Source of the DNA: Cyanophora paradoxa CCMP329
Lineage: Eukaryota > Plantae > Glaucophyta
DNA: 43,428 nt
NCBI GenBank assembly: GCA_004431415.1
Contig: QPMI01000310.1
Coordinates: forward strand, 1-43,428
Direction of reading: 5' to 3'
The notes below the pieces were generated by a model. That model saw nothing but the letters and a program-made list of their open reading frames with translations, was not told the origin of the DNA and did not search any database. Positions 24,594 through 35,500 of this stretch are shown here, in pieces (position 1 is the stretch's first letter; every line of letters starts with the position of its first letter). The position numbers were made by a program, and so were the translations under genes.

Positions 24594-25693
24594 ATGCGGG
24601 GTCGCGGGGGACGCGGAGGGCGCGGCGGGCGCGGCGGCGGCGGCGGGCGCGATGACTTCGGCGAGCACGGCGGCGGCCGAGCTCGAGGGGGCGGCAACTC
24701 TTTCGCGGGCTACGACGAAGTGGACGATGCCATGATGAATGATCGGCGTGGACTCGGCGCGGGAAGATCCCAAGGCCCCGGCAGCGAGGGCACTTTCGGG
24801 CCTCGCGGCGGCGGCGGCGGGTCCCGCGGCGGCCTGGAGTTCACGCAGGTGCCCTTTCGCCGATCGTTCTTCGTTGGGGCGGTCGCAGGTGCCGCCGATC
24901 CCGCTGGCAGCTAACGCGCGGCGCTCCGCGGCACGCAGGTCGTGCCGAAGTTCCTCCAGAACATCATGGCGGGGCAGGAGGCCGCGGGGCGGGCGCCTCC
25001 GAAGCGCACGCGGCCTCCGGAGGACTACGACCGGAGCGGCGCGCCGGGCCCCCGCCCCGACCCCGCCTGCCGCGCCCCCGGGGCGCCACGCTGAGTGACG
25101 GGGCAGACGACGAGGGGGAGGCGCCGGTGGTGGTGGGGGCGGAGGAGCTGAACATGGACAAGCGGATGATGAAGGAGATAGCCGGCGCCGGCGGGCGCAT
25201 CCTCGCCTCCAGCGAGATCCCCGACGGTGCCCCCCCAACGTCGCGCAGCGGCGCCTCGCGCGCTTGCCGGGCCGAGCCGGCTCGCGGGGCAGACGTGAAG
25301 GCGTCGGCGAAGCACAAGAAGGACGCCGACCGGGACTCGGAGGAGGAGGGCGGGGGCAAGCGGGCCCGCGGGGAGGCCGGCGGGGCGGACGGGGAGGGGG
25401 AGGAGGAGCCGGCCGAGCCCGGCAAGTTCGTCTTCCGCAAGCCGGTGCCGGCCTGCCCCGTCCCCTGCCCCCGCACCGGCGCCCACGCCCCGCAGACGGG
25501 GAAGAAGAAGGACGAGAAGGTGGGGGCCTGGCGGAAGCACGCCGGCGGGGAGGGCAAGGACGAGAAGGAGAAGGAGGAGAAGGGCGGGAAGGAGGAGGGC
25601 GCCAAGGAGAAGCCGGCGGGGGCGGCGGCGGGGGCGGCCAAGCCCAAGGCCCCCGCGAAGACGCTGCTCTCCTTCGCCGAGGACGACGGGTAG
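24594..25693 (+). CDS. KIAA1143/DUF4604-like protein with an N-terminal RGG-rich extension
   Basis: The ordered motifs PKFL, DEGEAPVVV, GKFVFRKP, a Lys-rich stretch and terminal LLSFAEDD match the KIAA1143/DUF4604 layout as I recall it. Begins [15 protein letters not shown]. Confidence 0.7.
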
Positions 25694-25794
25694 CCCGGAT
25701 CGCGCCGGCCCTCGAGCTTTCGTTGCACGCATCTCTCATTGTACACGATCGGTCTCAAAGAACGGTATCGTACAGCTGTACAGGCGGCCCGGGC

Positions 25795-26643
25795 TCAGAA
25801 GGAACCGGCGCCGCCGCATGCGGGGCAGGTGAGCCGGCCGGTGCCGCTGCGGGGGGCGAGCGGATCAGTGAGTCCGAGTATGGCATGAGAGCCGCGGCCG
25901 GGGCGGGCGGGCCTGCAGCGGGGGTCGGACTTCATGTTCCAGCCGGCGGCGATGCGGCCCTGGCCCTCGCAGTCCCCGCAGATCACGTACCTGCGCCGAC
26001 CCCGGCGCCGGCGCCCGCCCCTCAGACTCGGACAAGGGGAGGGCGGGAGGACGGGGACGCGGCGCGGCCCCGTACCCGGTCCCCTTGCACTTCTTGCACC
26101 GCCCTGACGTCTGCTTGAACGAGCCGGCGCCGCTATTTTGCTGCGCCGCTACCGATCAGCTGGGGGTCTCGGGGACGGGCGGCGGCCCGGCAAGCCAGCC
26201 CAGCGGCACTAGCTATAGAGCTGCTAGCCCCAGAAACAGTCGGCTGCACGGCTCGTGAATGCTCGGATGTTTAGCTATGAGTCAACGAGAGCCTAAATGC
26301 CGCGAGAAAGGTGTCTGCAGGCAGCGCTGGCCGGTGGTGCGCGCGCGCGCTCAATATGATTTGCTGGGTAGCGGCGGGGCTCGGTGGGACGCACTGCCCG
26401 GTTGACGGCGATGATGCCAGCGACTGCCGCACCCACGAGAGCGATCGCGCCGCCGATAGTCTCCTGAGCGGGGTTCAGCATGGCAGCGACGCGGCGCATG
26501 GCAGGGTTCGGGCGACTGACGAGTCCGTTGCTCTCTGCGCGCGCAGGAGAGCGTTAGCGAGCCGCGGTGGGGCCGGGATCGCCGCACTAACCCATTGCTT
26601 GGACCCTCTTGGGGGGGATACTGCAGAAGAAGCTTCGGTCCAT
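25795..26643 (-). CDS. Small membrane-anchored DnaJ-type zinc-finger protein without a J domain, probably organelle-targeted
   Basis: TM segment IGGAIALVGAAVAGIIAV followed by CKKCKGTG, CGDCEGQG, DPRCSGTG and CPACGGAG. Start at 26643 (MDRSFF..) or 26595. Intron 26111-26394 is inferred. Confidence 0.7.
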
Positions 26644-28286
26644 GAAGGACGCGCCGCCCGCGAAGGAGAAGAAGGAGAAGAAGGAGAAGTCCGCGTCTAA
26701 GCCGGAGCCGTCAAATCCAGCTAAGCCGGCGGCCGAGGCGAAACCGGCGAAGGAAGCGCACGACAAGCCTGCGGACGGTGCGGGGCCGAGCAAGCCGAGC
26801 AAGCCTAGCAAGCCCGCAGCAAAGCCTATCGTCGCGCCTCCGAAGGGCGTCAGCTTCGCGTCGCACAACTGGCTCGCGATACAGCAGGCGAGATCGACCG
26901 CCGCCCCGCGCTAGCTGCGCGCTGATCGCGCGCGCGTGCGCGTACGCGCGGCGCAGAAAATCAAGGAGGAGAACAGCAAGAAGCGGAAACCGGACGTCGA
27001 GCAGGCGGCTAAGCCGGTCAAGCCGCAGGAGGACGGCGCGAGCGCGCCGAAGCGGAAGCGGCGGAAGATCAACCTGAACGCGGAGGTGAGGAAGCAGCGG
27101 GAAGAGGAGGCGCTGAAGCGGGGGGCCGAGCCCGAGGCGGAGGCGCCGACCGCGACGCTCGAGCCGACGAGCGACGACGCGAGGTGAGCGGCAGCGATCG
27201 CGCGGCGGCGGCGGCGGCGGCCGCCTCGCTGAGGGGCGGGGCGGGGCGGGGCAGCGCGACGCGGACGGTGGCGCTGGACTGCGAGTTCGTGGGGGTGGGC
27301 TTCGAGGGCAAGGACGACGCCCTCGCGCGCGTCTGCGTCGTCAACCACTACGGCAACGTCCTCTACGACTCGTGCGCCCCGCCGGCCCCGCCCCGCCCCG
27401 CGGGCGCGGGGGCGAGCGCGGGGGCGGGGCGCAGGTACGTGAGGCCGCGGGAGGCGGTGGTGGACTACCGCACGGCCGTCTCCGGCATCCTCCCCAAGCA
27501 CCTCAAGAAGGGTGCCCGGCCGCCCCCGCAGCGCCCCCTCCGCCCGCCCCGCCCGAGGGCCGGGGCGGCGGCGCAGCGCCGGACTTCAAGGAGGTTCAGG
27601 CGCGGGTGGCGGAGCTGATCAAGGGCCGCGTCCTCGTCGGCCACGCACTCCACAACGACCTCAGCGCCCGCCCCGCCCCGCCCTCCCCTGCCGCCCGCAG
27701 CCGACGCGCGGGATGCAGGTGTTGCTGCTCCCCCACCCGAAGCGGGACACGCGGGACACGGCCAAGTACGTGCCCCTCCGCACCGCCGGCCTCCCCGACG
27801 CCAAGCCCGGCGCCAAGTCCGCATCCCCAGCGCCCCCTGCCGCGCTGGGCCGGGCTCTGAGGCCGCCCGGCGGCCGCAGGAAGCGGATCCCGGCGCTGCG
27901 GGTCCTCGCCGAGCGCGTCCTCGGCGTCAAGATCCAGGCGGGGAGCCACGACCCGGTGCGCCCCCTCCACCCGGTCCCTTCCTCGCCACGCACCCCCCCG
28001 GGGGCTCACGGCGGGCGCCCCCAGACGGAGGACGCGCGGGCGGCGATGGCGCTCTACCGGAAGTTCGCCGCGCAGGCCCGTTCACGTACCCCCCGTCCCT
28101 TCTCCTCCTGCCCCCCGTCTTAGGGCCCGGGGCGCGCAGTGGGAGAAGGAACTGGCGGTGCAGCGGCGTGCGAAGGCGCGGATCGAGGAGCGCGAGCGGA
28201 AACGCGAGGCGCGCGCCGGCGTAGGGGGCGGTGGCGCCCCCGCCGAGCTCGGGGAGGCTGGCGACAGCGGCAGCGAGGGGGACTAG
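26642..28286 (+). CDS. REXO4: RNA exonuclease 4 (DEDDh), 9 exons
   Basis: SHNWLAIQ N-terminal motif, then [58 protein letters not shown] and IQAGSHDP|[17 protein letters not shown] at 28284-28286. Confidence 0.93.
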
Positions 28287-29546
28287 CCCGGCCCCCAGGC
28301 CCCGGGCTGGGGGGCGCCAGAAGCGGGCGCTCTATAGCTAGCTTTGAATTCGAAACCCGGAGTACTCGCTCCAACTGCAGTCGAGTTTATCGATGCCCGG
28401 CCGCTGGAGGGAGGGCGGGCCGGTGGCCGTCACCAGGCCGCCGCGGCGCGGCCGTGCGCCCCGTGCGCAGCAGGCCCGCCTAGCGCTGAGCCTGGCAGCC
28501 GGCTCCAGACCGCAAGCCCCCAGTGCCCCCCACTGGCATGGCCATGGGCCACGGCCAGCTGCAGCATGCGCACGGTAGCAGCGCACCCCGGCCCGGCCCG
28601 GACCCCCGCGCGAGCACCAGCGCGACAGCGCTAGCGTCGCCGGCGCCGCGGCGCGGCCCGCGGCCGCGGCCGACGTCGACGCGCTACGGCGCCGGCGCCA
28701 TGGCCAGCTGCAGCGCGTCGGAGCTGGGAGGGGTACGCTTTTGCCTGCACGAAGTACCTCTTATGGGGTACTCCCGCTTTGATTCGGAGCAGCACGCGTA
28801 CGTCTGCAAGCGATTCGATGCTCCGAATCGATGACGCGTACGCAGCCGCCGGAACCGGCCGCCGGCGACCGCCGCAGTGCGCACGCCAACTTTGGAGTTG
28901 CTCGGCGACGCGACGACGTTCAACGGCCTGCAGGCTGCAGCCTGCAGCATCGCAGCAGCGATCGACCGTCGGCCGACTCCCGGACAGAGCTCCCGGATCG
29001 ATATCGTCGCGTCGCGTCGACGTCCGCGGCCGGTGCGTGCGCACGTCGCGCAGACTGCATGCGCCGGGGCCGCGGCCGGGGTGGTCTAGATTTTCAGCTA
29101 CGGTCACTCGGCGCCGCGAACGCCAGACCGGACGCACCTGCCGCGTATAGCACCGGCCGCGCGCGGCCTCAAGATCTAGATCCAGAGATCGAGCGCCGTG
29201 CATTAGGCGCGCGCGCGGGCCGGGGGCCTCTAGATCTCGCAGCCGAGTCTCGATCTCGCTAGCGCTCTAGATATCGATCTACGGTCCGGTGTGCGTTTTC
29301 CGGTCATCGGATGTTAACAATAACGTTCCTGCAGCTGCAGCTGGCTCGCCACATTTACAATCGATGGCGCCCTTCCCACAAGTGTTAACGTTTAGGCTTG
29401 AGCATTAGCATCGCCGTGCCGTGATTCTGTTCATGTACATGTCTCACCCCAAACGCGGACGGCGCAGGTCGAGAGAAGCGTGCGTTCGCGTGCACGGCTA
29501 GCACGCGTACGGCTGCTGGTCGGCCGTCGACGTCGGAATAAACAGC

Positions 29547-32500
29547 ATGGGAGGCCTAGGAAGGCGGCAGGCCCTGTCGTGGGCCGCGCTCCTCGTGCTC
29601 GCGGCGCTCGTCTGCGCGGCCGCCGCGGCGGACGGAGACATCGCCGTCGTCTACCCGGAGTGGAAGCCGATTCCGCCCGACGCACCAGCCTTCTTCAATG
29701 ACATGTGCGTGCGCATTCGGGAATTTCGAGATTCTCGTCGAGCATGATCACGTGCACTTCAAATTCGATTCATTCCGACGCCACCGAATTTAAATTTGAG
29801 TTCGAGGCCTAATTATAAACCTGTCCATCGCGCCTTTGAAGCCTTGAAGTGCTGAAAGCGAGCATATATATATCGACTACCGTGGCGCCTCTCGCAGACT
29901 CTTCTTCTCGAAAGCTCCGGCGACGCCCCCTGGAAGCTTGGGAGTCTACGTCCACTTCACTATTTCAGGGCCCAACGATTACATCACTTCAAATCACAGT
30001 GTCAGTAATTCGAATCTCGTACTGCGGCATTCCTGAATTCTATCTCGCCGCGCCCTGCACAGGTGGTTTTCTTCTGCGGTGGCCCAGATGCCTGCGGGCC
30101 CGTCCCCGCCGGCGAAACCGTCCTCGTGCGCTCTTTGCTTGTTTCCGAGCACTGAGCCACGTGCTCGGCCCGCCGGCCGCGCTCGCACGAAAAGCATGCT
30201 GTGTGTCTCACAGGAAATGCACGCAGGGCATTAGTCTTCTGGCCTCTTACCCGCCCATGTGCAAGCACGATGCAGGCATCCGGCAATAGTGCGAAGACGC
30301 ATCCGCTTGCTTCCCGCTCTCTTTTTTTGCGCTAATGATAACTCGCACGCAGCAATTGCACACTCCCAAGCCAACTGGTTGCCTGCCTCCCCCCTTACAG
30401 TGCGCTTCCAGAGCTGACGTTGGAGATGCCTGTAATAATTGCGCGCATCCCCTCTGACTTGTCGCCTGGGCGCCGGCGCTGCAGGCGGCCTCAAGGTCGG
30501 CCTCTACGACGGGACGGCGAAGGCGATGGTGAGCTCGGGGCCCGCGGGGCGGGTCGGCTTCAAGGACATGGACTACAACGAGATCGAGCCGCCCCGCGTC
30601 GAGTTCGAGTTCGGCGCGCCCCGCCCCGCCCCGCCCCGCCCCGCTGCGGCTGATCGCGAGCCCCGGCACTTCCACCCGCGCCGCGCGCGCAGAGGGCGGC
30701 CTCCCGCGTGCGCTCACCCCTCCCCGGCCCCGCCTCGGCCCCCGCGCGCCCCCGCGCCTCGAGAGCCTGAACCCGGGGGCGGGGCGGGGGCAGGGGCGGT
30801 GGACTACGCGCTGGAGGCGGTCAACGCGCTGGTCGTCTTCCCCGGCCTCCGCTTCAGGTCCTTCTCCGCCGCCAAGCTCTGCCCCCTCTACACGATCTAC
30901 ATCACCGTGCGCGCCCCCTCGACCAGCTCGCTGCGCCATATGATTAAAACTATGCAACCCCCCCCTGCCCCCTCCCTCCCCATTCCACCAGCCCCCCCCC
31001 CCACCCCCCGGGGGCTCTAACAGCCGGCCGGGCGCGGGCAGACGGAGACGTCGCCGGTGGTGCAGCAGGGGGCGGGGCGCATCGGAGTCGTCAGCGAGGC
31101 GGTGCCGCACCGGATGATGCGGGACGAGCGCGGGGACGCCGTCCTCTCCGTCCGCGTGCGGCTCGACCGCCTGGGCGCCCAGAACAGGTCCCTCGCGCAC
31201 GTCTACACCGCCCAGCTGTCCGCCGCCCCGCCCCGCGCCGCGCCGCGCCGCTCCTTGGCTCGAGCGGGCGGGGCGGGGGCGGGGGCAGGGGCGTGTCGCT
31301 GGAGAGGCGGGACCTGGAGGCGATGAAGGCGGGGGCGTTCGGGGCGGCCTTCGCCAAGGTCGCGGACATGCTCCTCCTGCCCGAGGCCACCGCCAACGTC
31401 TCCCGCTCCTTCACCTTCGCCGCCTCCCGCTCCCGCCTCGCCTTCCTCCGTCCGCCCCCGCCCCCGCCCCCGCCACTGCCACCGCCACCGCCCCCGACGC
31501 CGGCGCAGCGAACCCCGCGGAGGCCGGCGCCGGCGCGCCGCAGGTCTTCGACGACGGGCGGGTGGAGAACCCCGAGGGCGGCTGCTACAGGCGCGCCGCC
31601 TTCGACCCGCAGGCGATCGCGCTCTCCATGTCCGTGCGCGACAAGAGCGGCCCGCGCACGCCCACCGCCGAGGGCCTCGTCGAGGTGCCCCGCCCCCGCC
31701 CCTCGCGCCCGAGGCCCGCGCCCGGCGCCGACGCCGGGGCGGGGCAGACGGAGGACTCGTTGGCGTCGGTGAACTGCTCCTTCGCGGGGCTGCCGGCGGA
31801 CCCGCGCGACTTGGGGGTCGGGGGCCTCTTCCTCGCCCTCCTCCCCGCCGACCGCCTCGCCGCCTTCAAGGCGGGGCCCCCCGGCGCCAGCCTCCTCGCC
31901 AACTTCTACGACACCGGCGCCCTCCAGGCCGTCGACGCGCGCCCCTGCACCTCGCCCCTCCCGTCCCCATCCCCAGGGGCCCCGGCTGACGGCCGCGCAG
32001 CTCCGCCTCTCGCGGGCGCTCCGCGACGGCTTCCACGAGTTCACGTTCCCCTGCGCCTCCCGCGAGCAGGCCGCCAGGCCCGCCCCGCCCCGCCGCCCCA
32101 GACGCTCGATCGAGACCTGACTGCGACCTGACTCCCGCGCGGGGGGCGCGCAGCTACAAGTGCGCGCTGGTGGCGGGCTCGAGCGCGCGGACGGGCTTCC
32201 AGGCCGGCCACATCGACGAGCGCGGCGCCGTCGCTGACGACGAGTTCAACGGCCTCCGGCCCCTCCTCGACAAGTGCCCCGACTGGGTCCGGCCCCCGCC
32301 CCGCCCCGCGCGCCCCGCGCGCCCCGCGCGCCCCGCGCGCCCGGCGCCGAGCTGAGAGGGCGGGGACCGGCAGGTGGTGAAGGAGTCGGCGGGGCAGGTG
32401 CGCTTCGCGCTGGGGGCCGCCTTCGGCGTCTCGGAGCCGAAGGTGGAGAACAACCGCCTCGGCTGCGTCGTCGACGCCCCCGGCCCCCGCTGCGGTGCCC

Positions 32501-35500
32501 CCGCGCTCCCTCCCGCCCCCTACCGGCGGGGGCTGACGGGGGGCGGCAGAGAGCCTGGCGGTGGCGATCGCGACGAAGGAGGACCTGGAGGAGATGCGGC
32601 GGCAGTTCGAGCGCGACGGCCCCCGCGTCTCCGGCGGCCGCGCCCTCCGCCACATCGGCTTCGCCCCCCTCAAGTGCCCGCCCCGCGCCCCGCCGAGGCG
32701 CTCGGCGCGGCGCCGACGGCCCCGCGGCGCGCAGCAACGAGAACGCGTCGTACGCGTACGCGAGGGAGTTCGTCGGGGTGGAGGTGACGCGCCCGGGCCC
32801 GCTGCAGGGCGCCGTCTGCCTCCTCGCCTCCGTGCCCCGCGTGCGCCCCGGCCCGGCTTCGGCCCCGGACCCCGCGCGGGGCGGCGGCTGACGCGGCGCG
32901 GCCCGCCCCCTCGCGCCAGTCGGTGGACGTCTCGGCGAGCGTCTTCAAGATCAGCGCCGAGGCGCCGGGCGCCGCCCTCGCCCCGCCGCCGCCGGTGGCG
33001 CAGGGCCCGGGGGAGAGCCTGAACCCGCCGGACGAGAGCCGGCCGGCGATCGCGCCGGAGGAGGGCGTGCTGCCCCCGGCCGACGACCCCGCGGACGTGC
33101 GGGCGGAGCCCGACGAGGTCGCCCAGCGGCAGCAGGAGGCCAGGCTCGACCCCGCCAGCGCCACGTTCCAGATCCCCGCCGGCCCCGTCCCCCTCCTCCG
33201 CGACCCCATCGACCAGACCGAGGCGCGCCCCGCCCCGCCCCGCCCCTCCCCGCCCGCTCGCGCGTGTCTCTCCCTCCGTGCGGCCTGCCGAGCGGCGGGG
33301 GGCGGGGCAGGTGAGCGGGGCGGAGGCCAAGCCGACGGTGAACCGGGGCGAGGGGGCGCGGGGGGCCGACATCGTGCCGACGCGCGCCTTCCGCGACGAG
33401 CTGGGGCGCATGCGGGAGGGGCCGCCCTCCGCCTGGCCCGCCGACTACAAGCCCGCCCAGGGCAAGAGCGCGCCCCGGTACACCATCGCCTTCAAGTGCG
33501 GCCCGCCGCCCGCGCCCCGCCCCGCCCCGCCCGGCTCGCACGATGCGAGGCCGGCGCGCAGGCCGTTCGTGTCGAAGCGGGGCAACTTCAGCGTGCGGGT
33601 GGAGCTGGGGGCCCTCAACCGGACCCTGGACGGGGCGGACGCGTGGCGGGTGGTGCCGGCGCGCAGCAACCCCACCGGCCTCGCCTTCAACGTCACCGCC
33701 CGCGGGCCCTCCGGTGCCCTCCCCAGGCCCCCGCTTTCCTCTCCGACCGCTCCTCTGACAGCGCCCCGGCGCCCGCGCGCGCGCGCAGCCGCCATCGACT
33801 TCACGAGGGGCTGCTCGGAGCAGGGCCGGCCCGTGGACTGCCCGGACCCCGCCGCCTTCGAGGGCCGCTACTCCTTCGACCTCGAGTTCCGCTCCTGTGC
33901 GCCCCCGCTCGATCGGGTCTCGATTTCGCGGACCCGCCGCGGCGGCGCTGACCGGGGCGGGGCGGCCGCAGCGGCGGGGGGCGTCCCCGTGGCGGCCGTG
34001 GCGAGGCTGGAGCTGCAGGGCGGCGCCCGCGCCGGCGTCGACTGCCGCCTGCTGAGCGCCGACGTCCCGCCCTGCGCGAGGGCCCCGAGGGCCTCGAGGC
34101 GGCGGCCCGGGACGGGGCCCGCGCGTGCGGCATGAGCCCCGAGTGCACGCCCTGCGTCTTCGGGAGCCCCCTCAACCGCGCCTTCCCCGACGAGGAGGGC
34201 GGCCAGGCCTTCCCCCGCTGGGGCTTCTGCGCCCCCAAGAAGTGCCCCCCCGCCGCCCGCTCCGGACCCGGGCCGCCGCGCCGACGCCGGCGCCGCGCAG
34301 CCGGACGGCGGCCGACCCGATGGACGCCTGCGTGCTCCCCGCCGGCTTCCGGGCGGCGCTGACGGCGGCCGGGGTGCCGGTGCCGACGGCCTTCAAGTCG
34401 CTGAACGAGACGCAGCGGGGCGTGCAGAAGAACCCGATCAACAACGCCGAGTGCCCGGCCTCGGAGCCCGGCGACTTCACCGCCCCCTCCGTCCCGCCGA
34501 CCGCGAGTCCGCCCCCCGCCTTGCCCCGCCCCGCCCCGCCCCGCCCCGCCCTGGCTGAGCGCCTCGCCCCCGATGGCGCGGCCCGCAGGAAGTGCCTGGC
34601 CACGCGTGGCTGCGGTGCGGCCCCGCCCGGCCCCGCCCCCGCCCCCGCGATCGCCGCCCGCTCACCGCCGGGCGGGCGGGCAGGTGTCTGTGCCATGCCG
34701 AACGGCGACGAGCTCTGCCGCCCCGGCGACCTCAACGGCCCGCTGTGCGCCCCGCCCCCTCCAGCGCGCCGCCGGCCGCGGAGGCGACCGCGGACTGACC
34801 ATGACCGTGGGCGGAGCAGTGACTTCAGCTGCGACCCGAGCGCCGGCGAGTGGACGCCGGCCGGCGCCGCCTTCAAGATCGTCCTCTTCTGTCGCACCTA
34901 CCAGAGCGTCCTCGCCTGCTTGCCCCGCGCCCCGGCCCCGGACAGCTTCGGGGCCGCCGAGTGCGAGGACGGCTCGGGCGCCGGCATCGCCCTCGCCGTT
35001 CCCGTCCTCGACCTGAAGACCTGCCGCGCCGAGGCCGAGCGCGCCAACACCCAGACCGGCAACGTGCGCCCGCCGGCCGGCCTCGCCTCCACGGCGATCG
35101 CGCCGTGTGACGTCGAGCGCGGCAGCGGCGGCTGGACGGGGCGGCGTTCGACGCGGCGGTGGGCGGGGAGGCGGGGCTGGACGAGCTGCTGGAGGACGTG
35201 CTGGACCGCGAGGACGAGGTCGCCTTCCTCAACGCCCTCCGCCGCCTCCTCCAGCACCTCGTCGACTACTCCAACTCCTCCGCCTACCAGGCCCCGCCCC
35301 CCGCCCTCCCCTCCTCTCGAACCCCTCTCTCCCTCGAGCTGACGGGTCGGGGCGGCAGGGCCCCGAGTACGACGACGTGGTGCGGGCGCTGGAGGAGAGC
35401 GGCCTTTACGACGAGCTGGACGCCCTCGCCGCCGCCCGCCAGCGCGCCCGCGACGCCGAGCAGCCGCCCGGCCCCGGCCCCGCCCAGGCCAACGGCACGG

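Noticed and set aside
22264-28286. NAP1, KIAA1143-like and REX4 as a functional gene cluster
   Set aside because: Adjacent housekeeping genes are expected in a compact genome, and nothing in the sequence shows a shared pathway.
34065-34510. Programmed frameshifting or RNA editing at frame breaks (about 34075 and 34493; also about 42339 and in the F-box and kinesin tails)
   Set aside because: Each is fixed by adding one C or G in or beside a run, which is typical of long-read consensus error. No slippery site is evident. Polishing or RNA-seq would settle it.
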